DNA of 64,000 nt from Pseudomonadota bacterium (GCA_005776585.1 SXOX01000276.1:142-64141), one strand, 5' to 3'; numbered from the stretch's first letter, positions 45,001 to 54,983 are shown. The notes: a model not told the origin generated them from the sequence alone. Numbers and translations: made by a program.

Positions 45001-46934
45001 CTCGCGAGGGGCCCAACGTAGCTCACAGTCTCCGGCGCGAGCACGGCCTTCCGAAGCGTGTCGAGAACATAGAACCACGTAAGGTCGACCGCGCCCTCGG
45101 CTGTGCCCGAGAGCGTGCCCAGGGGATCGGCTGCGCTAAATTCCAGCGCGAAGCCGTCGCCCGAATAGCGCACGCGACCGTCTGGCGCATAGTCCGCTCG
45201 GAGCTCGCGCCCGGCGATCCGCGCGATGCCGTAGCCATGGCCGAAGTGAAAGCCGTCGTGGCCTGGCACCTGCCGGAAGCTCTCCAGGCTGCCAAAGAAA
45301 CGGGGCTTGACCTTGTAAGGGCCCCCATCCTCGGGGCAAAAGATGTCGCAGTTGCCGCACTCGTTGCAGAAGTCGTGGAACGTGCCGATCTGGTGCTTCT
45401 CGATCGTCGCCATCGCCTCGCCGGTTCTCGCGGTGAGCCCCCCGGGAGTCGCTGTCACCCACACGACGGGCACCGAGGTCGTGGGCACCGCGAAGGTGAA
45501 GTTGGCGTCATTCGGACACACCGGCACGCACTTGTCGCACGTGATGCAATCGAAGAGCTTGAGGCTGCGTCCGATCTTCTTCGGCGGCTTCTGGTTCTTC
45601 GCCTGATGGTAGCGCGGCTCGGCGAGGAGGCGGTCGACCACGAGGCCCGTGTTGCGCAGCTTGGCTTGCGCGAGCGTCTCGCCCTCGGGCGCGCCAGGAA
45701 AGGCCCGCAGGACGAAGTCGTCGATGGTCGTCGCGCCGACGGAGGCCATTCGCTCGGAGAGCGCGGTGAGATAGCCGCTGGCGCGCGCGTACCCTCCGGG
45801 CTGGAGCAGGTCGCTGCACACCGTAATCGGTACGATGCCGAGCGCTGCCGTGTCCGCGAAATTCTGCCGATCGATCCCGGCCGAAAACGAGATCGGAAAG
45901 CGGTCCCCGAACGTGTCCCGAAAACGGCCGACGAGGCTCATCGCCAGCACGTGCAGCGGCGGCCCGGAGAGGTACATCTCGCGCTCGCTCGCCGGAAAGA
46001 AGCCGCGGTGATTCTCGACAATCAGCGTGTTGCTGAACTTCACGCCAAAGCCGAGGCCGAGCCCGGCCGCGGTCCCGCCCAGGCGGTCCACGAAGCCGCA
46101 GGCCTGGTCCCAGCGCGCGTCCTTGTCGAAGGCCGCATCGGGCACGCGAATGTCGGTGTACCCCATCACGTCGTGCATCAGCTCACGCACGCGGTCTCGC
46201 CCGAGCAGCGTGGGGTTGAGCTTGACGATGCAATGGAGGCCCACGTCCTGGAGCAGGAACGCGATAATGCGCTCGATCTCGTCGGGCGGGCAGCCATGGA
46301 ACGTGCTCAGCGTGAGCGTATCGGAGAGCCGCGGGGCGAAGTCCAGGTCCCGGAGGTGCGCGAGGGCGTCGGGGATCTCGCGTCGCAGCCGCGCGATGAC
46401 CGGGGTCGCGTCGAGCATCCCGCGCATGAACGCCTGCACGCGCTCCGACCGAATCCCGGCGAGGTCGTAGCCGACGCTCATGTCGAAGATGAGGTCCGTC
46501 GCGCCGGGCCTCAGGCCGAGCTTGCCGCTCTCGACGAGCATGCGGATGAGCATCGCGGCCTTGACGTACTCGTCGAGCGACTGTTCGAGCCGAAGCTCCT
46601 GCGACCACTCGACGTTGTAACCCACCGTGGCCATGTCGATGCACGGGCGCGGGATCATGAGCGTATCGAGGATCTGCACCGTCTTGAGCTCGTGGATGCG
46701 CCCTCCACCGAGCCACGCGAGGACCAGGTTCTGTGCGAGCTGGGTATGTGGGCCTGCGGCCGGCCCGAACGGCGTGCTGGCGCGCTTGCCGTGAAACTGG
46801 ACCGACAGGTCGCGATCGGGGTCGCCCAAGAAGAACTTCCGCGCGGGGAGGTCGAAGATCGACTGCTTGCGCTCGAGCTCATCGAAGGCGCGCGTCACGA
46901 GCGCGGAGAACGGGTAGGGGTGTAGCTCAGCCAT
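44997..46934 (-). CDS. YgfK N-terminal-like Fe-S oxidoreductase (DHOD/DPD-like barrel plus 2x[4Fe-4S] ferredoxin) lacking the GltD-like flavin/NAD(P) module
   Basis: 645 aa. FGPAAGPHTQLAQNLVLAWLGGGRIHELKTVQILD, STFHGCPPDEIE, VKLNPTLLG. Ferredoxin motifs CITCDKCVPVCP and CNECGNCDIFCP. Confidence 0.7.
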   Translation of the reverse strand: MAELHPYPFSALVTRAFDELERKQSIFDLPARKFFLGDPDRDLSVQFHGKRASTPFGPAAGPHTQLAQNLVLAWLGGGRIHELKTVQILDTLMIPRPCIDMATVGYNVEWSQELRLEQSLDEYVKAAMLIRMLVESGKLGLRPGATDLIFDMSVGYDLAGIRSERVQAFMRGMLDATPVIARLRREIPDALAHLRDLDFAPRLSDTLTLSTFHGCPPDEIERIIAFLLQDVGLHCIVKLNPTLLGRDRVRELMHDVMGYTDIRVPDAAFDKDARWDQACGFVDRLGGTAAGLGLGFGVKFSNTLIVENHRGFFPASEREMYLSGPPLHVLAMSLVGRFRDTFGDRFPISFSAGIDRQNFADTAALGIVPITVCSDLLQPGGYARASGYLTALSERMASVGATTIDDFVLRAFPGAPEGETLAQAKLRNTGLVVDRLLAEPRYHQAKNQKPPKKIGRSLKLFDCITCDKCVPVCPNDANFTFAVPTTSVPVVWVTATPGGLTARTGEAMATIEKHQIGTFHDFCNECGNCDIFCPEDGGPYKVKPRFFGSLESFRQVPGHDGFHFGHGYGIARIAGRELRADYAPDGRVRYSGDGFALEFSAADPLGTLSGTAEGAVDLTWFYVLDTLRKAVLAPETVSYVGPLAS

Positions 46935-47010
46935 GGTCGCGCATCATAGCTGGCGTCGGAACGGGATAGAACCTTGCCTTGTGGTGGGGCTCGCGATAGC
47001 GTCACGTCCC

Positions 47011-47250
47011 ATGAGCGCACGCGGACTCCTCCTGGTTCTGGCAATGGGCAGCGCACTTGGCGCGTGCGCCAACGACTTCACGTGCGAGAAGGACTACGAC
47101 TGCCCGCCCACCCAGGTGTGCAACCGGTCGAGCGGCGTCTGCGAGGACTTCAAGTGCGAGGTCAACGACGACTGCCCCGATCCGGGCAAGGTCTGCGTCA
47201 ACAACGCCTGCGTCGCCAAGGACGCGGCCCCCAAGACCGTCACGAAGTAG
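47011..47250 (+). CDS. small secreted Cys-rich lipoprotein
   Basis: 79 aa with lipobox LGAC. Eight further Cys in DxxC/CxxxxxxC spacing (CEKDYDCPPTQVCNRSSGVCEDFKCEVNDDCPDPGKVCVNNAC). Confidence 0.6.
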   Translation: MSARGLLLVLAMGSALGACANDFTCEKDYDCPPTQVCNRSSGVCEDFKCEVNDDCPDPGKVCVNNACVAKDAAPKTVTK

Positions 47251-48217
47251 TTCGCTTCGCTTCGCGGAGCTGAGACACGACCCGCTGAAACGCCTCACGA
47301 CCGCGCCGCGCCACCGGTGTGCCCGAAAAGCGCGCGTCGAAGCCGGCGTCGTCGAGCGCGAGCAGCGCGTCCAGGCGCGGTGCGACGGCGTCCTCCCGTG
47401 GCTGGAACGCGGGTCGGTCGGGCGGCTCCGGCTTGCGGTTCCACGGGCAGACGTCCTGGCAAAGATCGCACCCGAAGACGTGCGGCGCGACCTGCGGCAC
47501 GAGCGCCTCCGGGATGGCGTCCGGCGACTCGATGGTGAGGTAGCTGATGCAGCGGCGCGCATCGAGCACGCCCGGTTCGGGAAACGCCTGCGTCGGGCAG
47601 ACGTCGAGGCACGCCGTGCAGGAGCCGCAGTGATCGGGGACGACCGTGTCCGGAGCCATCGCGAGATCGGTCAGTACGACCGCGAGGAAGAAGTACGAGC
47701 CGCGCTTCGGGTGGATGAGGTTCGTGTGCTTGCCCATCCAGCCGAGGCCCGCGTACTTGCCGAAGACCTTCTCCAGCACGGGACCGTGGTCCACGTACGA
47801 CGTGAAGCGGTGTCCCGGAGCCCGCGCCGTCAGCTCGGCGCACCAGGTGGTGAGGAGGGCCTCGATGAGCCCGTGGTAGTCGTCGCCCCAGGCGTAGCGC
47901 GAGATCCAGCCGCGCTCGGGGTCGCCGGTGAGCGTATGTGGCGCCCGTGTGTCGTAGTCGAGGGCGGCGACGAGCACGCCGCGGAGCGTCGTACCCGGCA
48001 TCGCCAGCGCCGGAGCCGCGCGGCGGCGCCGATGTCGAGCCATGTAGCGCAGCTCGCCGTGGTAGCCGCGTTCGAGCCAGGTGTCGAAGTGCGCCATCTC
48101 GGGGAAGGGTCCCGGTGGCGCCACTCCGACGTCGTCGAAGCCGATGGAACGTCCGAGCGCCTTGGCCGCTGTCGCGCGGGCCTCGGGGCTGAGCGGGAGC
48201 CAGGAGTCGTCGGACAC
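47240..48217 (-). CDS. queG: epoxyqueuosine reductase
   Basis: 325 aa. WISRYAWGDDYH, GLGWMGKHTNLI, CGSCTACLDVCPT, CISYLTIE, CDLCQDVCPWN. Confidence 0.9.
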   Translation of the reverse strand: MSDDSWLPLSPEARATAAKALGRSIGFDDVGVAPPGPFPEMAHFDTWLERGYHGELRYMARHRRRRAAPALAMPGTTLRGVLVAALDYDTRAPHTLTGDPERGWISRYAWGDDYHGLIEALLTTWCAELTARAPGHRFTSYVDHGPVLEKVFGKYAGLGWMGKHTNLIHPKRGSYFFLAVVLTDLAMAPDTVVPDHCGSCTACLDVCPTQAFPEPGVLDARRCISYLTIESPDAIPEALVPQVAPHVFGCDLCQDVCPWNRKPEPPDRPAFQPREDAVAPRLDALLALDDAGFDARFSGTPVARRGREAFQRVVSQLREAKRTTS

Positions 48218-48297
48218 GGGCGAGACCGTATCATCAACCTCGGCAATCGCGGAGACCGACCTTGCGAGCGGTCGCGCCGTCTGTTAAGTCGGCACGC

Positions 48298-49068
48298 GTG
48301 ACCCGCATCCTCATCACGAACGACGACGGCATTCGCGCTCCCGGGCTTGCGGCGCTAGCGCGCATGGCCGCGCGCTGGGGCGATCCGCTGATCGTCGCGC
48401 CGGACCGCGACAAGAGCGGCATCGGTCACGCCATCACGCTCAAGGAGCCGCTGCGCGCGCACCGGCTGTCCGCGGGGGCGCTCCCCTGCGAGGCCTGGGA
48501 GGTCGTCAACGGCAGCCCGACCGACTGCGTCTACTTGGGTCTGCATCACGTGTTGGCGGGGGAGCGGCCTGCGCTCGTGCTCTCGGGCATCAACCCGGGG
48601 CCCAACCTGGGCTGGGATGCGTTCTACTCCGGCACCGTCGCTGGCGCGCGTGAAGGTGCGCTCCAGGGCGTTCCGGGCGTCGCGTTCTCGTTGCTGTCTG
48701 GGCCCGAGCTGCCCTTCGACGAGCTCGGACCCATCGTAGACCACGTTATTGAATACGCGCTCGCCACCCCGCTGCCTCCGTGGGTGTGCCTGAACGTGAA
48801 CGTGCCCAACCCGCGCATTGGCCCCATCCGCGGCATTCGCGGCACCTGCCTCGGCCAGCGGCACTACTCCAAGGAGATTCACGTGCGCCAGGATCCGCGC
48901 GGCGGCGAGTATCTCTGGATTGGCGGCAAGGACGTCTTCATGCCGGACCTCCCCGGCAGCGACTGCAACGCCGTGCGCGAGGGCTTCGTCGCGGTCACGC
49001 CGCTCGGCTGCGATCTCACGCACCCCGCCGCGTTGGCCAACCTCGCCACCATCGAATCGACGCTCTAG
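48298..49068 (+). CDS. surE: 5'/3'-nucleotidase SurE
   Basis: GTG 48298 gives VTRILITNDDGIRAPGL, plus APDRDKSGIGHAIT and GINPGPNLG. Confidence 0.9.
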   Translation: MTRILITNDDGIRAPGLAALARMAARWGDPLIVAPDRDKSGIGHAITLKEPLRAHRLSAGALPCEAWEVVNGSPTDCVYLGLHHVLAGERPALVLSGINPGPNLGWDAFYSGTVAGAREGALQGVPGVAFSLLSGPELPFDELGPIVDHVIEYALATPLPPWVCLNVNVPNPRIGPIRGIRGTCLGQRHYSKEIHVRQDPRGGEYLWIGGKDVFMPDLPGSDCNAVREGFVAVTPLGCDLTHPAALANLATIESTL

Positions 49069-49077
49069 GAGCCCAGA

Positions 49078-49617
49078 ATGACCATCGCAGCGACCCGTGC
49101 CGCCACCATCTCTGCCGCGATTCGCGACATCCCCGACTTTCCCAAGCCCGGCATCCTGTTCAAGGACATCGCGCCGCTACTCGAGACGCCGGCTGCGTTT
49201 CGGGCCGCCATCGACGGCCTGGCCGAGCGCTACGCCAGCGCGCGCCTCGACCGCATCGTGGGCCTCGAGAGCCGCGGCTTTCCGTTTGGCGGCGCGCTGG
49301 CCGACCGCCTCGGTGTGGGCTTCGCCATGGCCCGCAAGCCGGGCAAGCTGCCTTATCGCAAGGTGAGCGTGGAGTACGCGCTCGAGTACGGCACCGACCG
49401 CATCGAGATGCACGTAGACGCGGTCAAGCCCGGACAGCGGGTGCTCATCGTCGACGACCTCCTGGCCACGGGAGGCACCGCCGCAGCGGCCATTCGGCTC
49501 GTGCAGGGCGAGCTCGGCGGCGAGATCGTCGCGTGCGCGTTCGTCGTAGAGCTCGCCTTTCTTGGCGGTCGCGGTCGACTCGAGCCGACACCGGTGTTCT
49601 CGCTCGTGACCTATTGA
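49078..49617 (+). CDS. apt: adenine phosphoribosyltransferase
   Basis: 179 aa. IPDFPKPGILFKDI, GLESRGF, VLIVDDLLATGGTA (PRPP motif). Confidence 0.95.
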   Translation: MTIAATRAATISAAIRDIPDFPKPGILFKDIAPLLETPAAFRAAIDGLAERYASARLDRIVGLESRGFPFGGALADRLGVGFAMARKPGKLPYRKVSVEYALEYGTDRIEMHVDAVKPGQRVLIVDDLLATGGTAAAAIRLVQGELGGEIVACAFVVELAFLGGRGRLEPTPVFSLVTY

Positions 49618-49668
49618 TTAAGAGCGCTTAAGCGGACAGTCGCCGCGTGGGTCCCTACCTTGCGACCC

Positions 49669-52296
49669 ATGCGAACCACACAACTCACGCTCTCCCGTTT
49701 CACCTCCTTCAAGCCCCTGCTCGCCTTCGCCATCGCCGTCTCCGCGTGCGACGGAGCTGCGCCGACAAGCCTGGCCGTGCCCGAAGCGAGTCCGACTGAG
49801 CTCGTCGCCGTGTCGCCGCAGCCGCAGGTGCGGGTCGACCCGCCGATCGGTCTCGGGACCCCAGTCGCGGCCCCCGGAGCGCTTGCCCCCGTCCGCTTCG
49901 TGAACCTCTACGCCGGCGGCGCCGCGATGGCCGTGGCGCCCGACCCTCACAGCACGCTCATCGTCCCGTGGCTCGGCGTCTCCGCACGGCTCGACGTGGA
50001 CTCGACCCAGCCCGTGACCGTCGCCGCGAGCGGAGCACCTTCGGTCACGACCACGGTTCCGCTGACCCCCGGTGATGTCACGCAGGTCGCGTTCCTCGGG
50101 CAGGCCAGCGATGGCGCCAAGCTCGTGTCCTTTGCGCCGTCGCCCAAGGCCGGGCGCCTCGTTCGGGCCGTCAACGCGTCACCCCACCTCGGCGGCGGGT
50201 CCATCTACCTGGCGGGCGCGACGGGCGCCTCGAGCGCCTCGATCGGCTACGGCAAGGCGACTGACTGGCGGACGCTGTCCGAGAAGGCCGCGATCGCCGG
50301 CGCTCCCATGCGCATCCTGGGGCACTTCTCGAAGCGGTCCGTCGACCTCACCCTCGACCACGCCATCACGGAGCCGACGACGCTCTACCTCAGCACCAAC
50401 GGCGATGAGGAGCTCGTCGTCGTCGGCGTCACTGACTCCGGAGCGTCCTTCGTTCAAGGTCCCATCGCAGCGACCGCACGTGTACGCTTTGGCCACTACG
50501 CGGTTGGCGTCGGTCTCGTCACTTGGCGCCTCGACGGTGCGCCCATCGCAGGTGCCGAGGAGGCCCAGCCGTTCCTGACCGGCCGTGACTACGTAACGGT
50601 CTCTCCCCGGCCCCAAGCGACCGTCACTGCCGTCAGCGGCGGCGTCGTGGTCGCGACCCTCTCCGGCCCGATTCCCAAGTTTGCCGAGCTGTCGTTTCAG
50701 CTCGTTGGCAGCGCGAGCGCGCCCGTCATCCTGTCCATGCTCGATGGCCAGGTCGAGCACCTCGTCCCCAACACGACGATCGCGCAGGCGCATCTCGTCG
50801 ACGCGAGGCCGAAGGGGCAATCCGCGCTCTCGCTTCAGGTGCTTGCGCTCGACACCCTCGGCGCCGGACCTGGCTGGAACCCGTTCTTGGAGCTGGTCGC
50901 GCCGTCTACCTCCACGCTGTTGACCGACGTACCGCAGCACAATCTTCTGCTGGGCGTCGATCTCGATAGCAACGGCAGCCGCGATCATCGTGTTGCCGCC
51001 GGCTACTTCGGTGCGGGGAGCCAGGCCACGTTGACCTACGTCGTCGACGACGCCGGCCGGCCCTGGATGGCCGGTCAGTGGTCCGGCGGAGCGGCCCTCG
51101 TGAACCTTGCCGTAGACCGCACGGCGTGGGTTCGGCTGTGGAATGTCGGATCGCCTACGGCCGTCGCCCTCGCGAGCAACGGCTCCACGCCCATCCACGG
51201 CGAGTGGCCGTCCTCTGCCACGCCGTCGGGCCGCGCGACGGCGCTGATGCCCACGGTCGATGGCGCTCACGAGCTCACCGTCGGTGGCAGCCCGCTGCCG
51301 ACCGTGCTCGAGCCGCTGACCGAGACGACGCTCCTCGTCCTCGGCGATGGCGCGACGCTTCCGGTTACGACGACCCACCAGGTCGAGGAGTCCGTCGCGC
51401 GCGTCACCTTCATCAACGCCAGCGCCGGCGTCGTCAGCGCCGCTCTGTCACCTGGAGTCGAGCTCGCGGCCTCGCTGGGCCCGAAGGGCGTGAGCGGCGA
51501 GGTCGCCATCACCCCGGCCGACACCGCGCTGTCGCTCACCGTGATGCGGGCCGACGGCGGCGTCCTGACGTTCGGCGTGCCGACGCCGTACGCGTCCGGG
51601 ACTACGCTCATGGTGCTCAATGACGACGTCGACTGGCCCACGCTTCACGTACTCCTGCCGGGCAGCGAGCCCATGACGGTGCACGCCAACGAGCTCTCGG
51701 CCAAGGTCCGCGTGCTTACGGCGTTTGCCGGAACCGGTACGGCGACCCTGGCGATCGACGGCGAGACCGTTGGCACGATTGAGACCAAGTCCTGGGGCAC
51801 TGAGAAGGTGTCCGTCGGCTCGTCGGGGACCGTGGTCGTTCCCGCGGGAGCACACACGCTGACCGTGACCAGCAACACGAGCACACTCTCGCTGCCCGTC
51901 AGTCTCGCGAGCGGCACGACGACCGAGCTGATGGTCTTCACCGACGGCACCGGCATCGTGCTCCCCAGCATGGGCGACCAGCCCAAGGACAAGGTCCTGG
52001 TCATCAACGCGACCACGAGCCTGAAGGCCTCGAGCCTCTTTGTCTCCCAGGGCGGGAAGGAGAACCTGCCGTGGCTCGCGAACCTCGCCCCGAAGAGTGT
52101 GTCCGTTGTCGTCTTTCCGAAGTCGGGCGGGCTCTTGAGCGTGGACTACGACCTCGACGGTACGCCCGACTGGCGCCAAGGTTGCGGGATCGCCCCCGGC
52201 ACGCGGGTCATCATCCTGGGCAACGGCGAAGCCCAGGCCATCGCGCAGTTCTACAGCGACTACGCGGTCATCGTGGGCAAGAAGCTCCCCAAGTGA
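49669..52296 (+). CDS. large lipoprotein with DUF4397-like repeats
   Basis: Lipobox AVSAC. Recurrent strand motif (VRFVNLYAG, VRAVNASPHLG, ARVRFGHYAVG, AWVRLWNVG, ARVTFINASAG, AKVRVLTAFAG, KVLVINATT). ATG 49669, or TTG 49660. Confidence 0.65.
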   Translation: MRTTQLTLSRFTSFKPLLAFAIAVSACDGAAPTSLAVPEASPTELVAVSPQPQVRVDPPIGLGTPVAAPGALAPVRFVNLYAGGAAMAVAPDPHSTLIVPWLGVSARLDVDSTQPVTVAASGAPSVTTTVPLTPGDVTQVAFLGQASDGAKLVSFAPSPKAGRLVRAVNASPHLGGGSIYLAGATGASSASIGYGKATDWRTLSEKAAIAGAPMRILGHFSKRSVDLTLDHAITEPTTLYLSTNGDEELVVVGVTDSGASFVQGPIAATARVRFGHYAVGVGLVTWRLDGAPIAGAEEAQPFLTGRDYVTVSPRPQATVTAVSGGVVVATLSGPIPKFAELSFQLVGSASAPVILSMLDGQVEHLVPNTTIAQAHLVDARPKGQSALSLQVLALDTLGAGPGWNPFLELVAPSTSTLLTDVPQHNLLLGVDLDSNGSRDHRVAAGYFGAGSQATLTYVVDDAGRPWMAGQWSGGAALVNLAVDRTAWVRLWNVGSPTAVALASNGSTPIHGEWPSSATPSGRATALMPTVDGAHELTVGGSPLPTVLEPLTETTLLVLGDGATLPVTTTHQVEESVARVTFINASAGVVSAALSPGVELAASLGPKGVSGEVAITPADTALSLTVMRADGGVLTFGVPTPYASGTTLMVLNDDVDWPTLHVLLPGSEPMTVHANELSAKVRVLTAFAGTGTATLAIDGETVGTIETKSWGTEKVSVGSSGTVVVPAGAHTLTVTSNTSTLSLPVSLASGTTTELMVFTDGTGIVLPSMGDQPKDKVLVINATTSLKASSLFVSQGGKENLPWLANLAPKSVSVVVFPKSGGLLSVDYDLDGTPDWRQGCGIAPGTRVIILGNGEAQAIAQFYSDYAVIVGKKLPK

Positions 52297-52299
52297 GCG

Positions 52300-53154
52300 C
52301 TAGAGCGCACTGACGGTCCCACGCAGGTGGCGCGTGCGGAGATCGGGTGAGGTGAGCGTGAACTCGTGTCCGTTCTCAGCCCCTTGCGCGTAGAAGTGGA
52401 CCCGACCGGGAAGAAAGACCGGCCGCTCGAAGCGCACGGTGCACTGCTTCGGCCCGTTCGGCAGCGCGTCTTGGAGCTCTCCGAGGCAGCGCGCCAGGCT
52501 CCACATCCCATGGACGATAGCTCGCTTGAAGCCGAAGGAGCGGGCAGTCAGCGCGCTCAGGTGAATCGGGTTGTAGTCACCGGAGATGGCCGCATAGCGG
52601 CGCCCGAGGTCGGCGCGCAGTGTCCAGATCGTGCTGCGAGCGGGCCTGACGTCCAGACCGGCGGGTGCCTCATCGGAGCGCTTCTCTCGCGTCGTCGCGC
52701 CAGGCTTGGGCGCCGCCTTGGGCCGGGACAGGATGGAAGCGGTGGATTCCCACACGCAGTCCGAGCCGAGGCTCGCGCGCGTGTGCAGGTCGAAGAGCGT
52801 CCCGCGCGGATCGTCGCGATGTCCCTCGACGGAGGCCTCGAGGTCATAGGCACCGTCGGCCGGAAGCGCCCCCCGTTGGACGATGCGATTGGTGACGTGG
52901 ATGAGCCCGGCGACCGGCAGCGGAAACTCCGAGCGGCCGAGCAGCGCGATATGGAGGTCGCCACTGAGCATCTGGAGAAACGGGAGCGGAAGCTCCCCGT
53001 CGTCACCGAGGCTGCACAGCGCGCGGTACGTGGTGAGCCGCTCCGCGACCGGCACGACCCCGCTGCGCGCAGTGACCAGGCGCGGGATGGTCGCGCCCTC
53101 CGTGAGACCCGGCCGACGCGCCAAAAGCGCTTTCACGAGCTGGAAGCCGCTCAT
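52300..53154 (-). CDS. MaoC-like (R)-specific enoyl-CoA hydratase/dehydratase, double hotdog
   Basis: 284 aa from ATG 53154 (ATGA overlap). Active-site motif YAAISGDYNPIHLS...VHGMW in the C-terminal half. Confidence 0.8.
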   Translation of the reverse strand: MSGFQLVKALLARRPGLTEGATIPRLVTARSGVVPVAERLTTYRALCSLGDDGELPLPFLQMLSGDLHIALLGRSEFPLPVAGLIHVTNRIVQRGALPADGAYDLEASVEGHRDDPRGTLFDLHTRASLGSDCVWESTASILSRPKAAPKPGATTREKRSDEAPAGLDVRPARSTIWTLRADLGRRYAAISGDYNPIHLSALTARSFGFKRAIVHGMWSLARCLGELQDALPNGPKQCTVRFERPVFLPGRVHFYAQGAENGHEFTLTSPDLRTRHLRGTVSAL

Positions 53155-54983
53155 GAGGCACCGCCCTGGCGGCCTTCGCTGGGCCAGACCGGCTGACTGC
53201 GAAGCCGCTCCGGCCACGCGGAGCCGCGATTGCCGGGGATCTCGCGTCCGGTCGGGTCGCACGCGAAGTTGCCGACCTCGGCGAAGGCGCGCTCCTGGCA
53301 CACCCGACCCGATCGCGCGGGATCGCGAAAGCGCTGGAGCTTGCCGCCGCGCTCGATCAAGACCGCCTCGTGCGGTCCGAGGCGCAGGTCGACGAGCGCG
53401 CCCTTGCGCTCTCGGCTCTGGAGCTGCTCCTCGTTGCCGATGGGGTCCGCGACGGTCTTGGCCTTGAGCGTCCAGACGAGCAGCGAGGTCGGGTCGCGAC
53501 CGGGAAACGCGCTGGCGAGCAGATCCGTGTAGCCGTAGAACTGCTTGCCCACATCGTTCTGATTGACGGGGCCGGCCATCAGGCAGCAACCAGCGAGCAG
53601 GTCGCAATCGCTCGGCAGGTCGACAGTGCCCATGAGCTCGCAGTAGAGCGCGCTCCGAGACGCGAAGGCGCCGAAGGCTCGCACCGCTCGGATGAAGTCG
53701 AGCCCTTCGGCCTCCACCTCCGACCGCGAGAGGCCGCCGACGTAGATGCGCTGCCCGGTGAGCGCAAACGCCTTGCGCCCCTTCTCCGCGTTGCGGCTGA
53801 AGGCCTTGCCCGTCGGGAGGTCGACCCAGAGCGGCAGGTCGCGAATGAGCGCGTCGGTGACGTCATTGAGCGCCTGGCGGACATCGCGCAGCCGCTGCTT
53901 GCCATTGGGCGTGAGCACGTCGATGCGCTCGAGCAGCGCCAGGCGTTTGGTGGTGTCACGGTCGAGGCCAGTCCAGTGCGAGAATGCGTTGAAGGCCGCG
54001 CGACCGGCCTGCTCGTTGAGCGCCATCGACACGTCCATCGCCTGACGTTCGAGGTACGGGGCGGGCGCCTTGTCCTCGTGATTGACGCCCGGTTGGATGC
54101 GCTCGCTGCGAAAGGCCATGAGGTTGGCCCCGATTCTGCGCCACGTCTCGCGGTCACCTGGGATGGCCTCACCGGGCGCCGCGCCGCCGACCTGCACGAC
54201 GGCGGCAACACGCCAGCCTGCGCGCCGCTCCGCTGAGGTGAGGCCCGCGAGGTCCTCGATCTGACGCGCGACCGCCGCGTTCGCCGCGCGGTGCCTCCCC
54301 GCAAACGGCGCCATCAGCCCCAGGGCTCGGCGCTGTCCACCCGAGGCGATGACGGCCGCCCGCTCCATCGCGTCGGCGAGGATGCCCACGTGGAGGTGCT
54401 GGAGGTAGCCAATGGTCGGGATGTCGTCGGCGTCGAAGTACCGCTTGCGCACGATGCGCCAGGGCACCTGGAGCAGGCTGAGCACCGGCGCGTGGCCCGC
54501 CAAGGTGAGCAGCATCGTGAACGGCGTGCGGTACGGTCGCGAGAAGACGACGTGCGCGTAGGCAGCGCCGTCGAGGGCCGCGGCCTCGACCCCGTCCAGG
54601 GTACGCAGCAGCGGGACGAGGCGCGCGGCGGCGTCTTGGCTGAGCGTCGTGACCCGATGGCCGCGGTAGTTGGTCGACTGGCGCGCGCTCAGCACACCGA
54701 GGGCATGCTCGTCGAACAGCTCGGCGTCCGTTGCGCTCGGGGACGGGCCGAACGCCGTCGGTCGAGCCATGGACAGGAGCCGCAGGGCCTGCTCGGCATG
54801 GGCCGCGTTCAGCGCAACGCGGACGCGATAGCCGACGGGCGACGGCGAGTCGAGATGGGTCGGGAGGTGGTACCGCGTGCGCCTCTCGCCCGCGGCGGCG
54901 ACGGTCGCGCTGCGCGACGGGCGCACTTCGGACGGTACGATAGGTACGACGTCTAACGGCTTTTGGACGAGGTCGTGCGGCAT
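53151..54983 (-). CDS. hypothetical protein (610 aa), no recognisable motif
   Basis: ATG 54983 preceded by GAAAGGAA. Non-biased composition and coding-like. Coupled to the MaoC gene. The upstream 245 codons of the track ORF are Arg-rich shadow sequence. Confidence 0.6.
   Translation of the reverse strand: MPHDLVQKPLDVVPIVPSEVRPSRSATVAAAGERRTRYHLPTHLDSPSPVGYRVRVALNAAHAEQALRLLSMARPTAFGPSPSATDAELFDEHALGVLSARQSTNYRGHRVTTLSQDAAARLVPLLRTLDGVEAAALDGAAYAHVVFSRPYRTPFTMLLTLAGHAPVLSLLQVPWRIVRKRYFDADDIPTIGYLQHLHVGILADAMERAAVIASGGQRRALGLMAPFAGRHRAANAAVARQIEDLAGLTSAERRAGWRVAAVVQVGGAAPGEAIPGDRETWRRIGANLMAFRSERIQPGVNHEDKAPAPYLERQAMDVSMALNEQAGRAAFNAFSHWTGLDRDTTKRLALLERIDVLTPNGKQRLRDVRQALNDVTDALIRDLPLWVDLPTGKAFSRNAEKGRKAFALTGQRIYVGGLSRSEVEAEGLDFIRAVRAFGAFASRSALYCELMGTVDLPSDCDLLAGCCLMAGPVNQNDVGKQFYGYTDLLASAFPGRDPTSLLVWTLKAKTVADPIGNEEQLQSRERKGALVDLRLGPHEAVLIERGGKLQRFRDPARSGRVCQERAFAEVGNFACDPTGREIPGNRGSAWPERLRSQPVWPSEGRQGGAS

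Noticed and set aside
44694-46925. 743-aa ORF on the + strand
   Set aside because: It is antisense to the YgfK-like gene, which has two intact ferredoxin motifs on the other strand.
49617-49640. Small hairpin TTAAG-agcg-CTTAA after apt, considered as an intrinsic terminator
   Set aside because: The stem is only 5 bp and AT-rich, with no following T-tract, and the next gene starts about 30 nt later. The evidence is insufficient.
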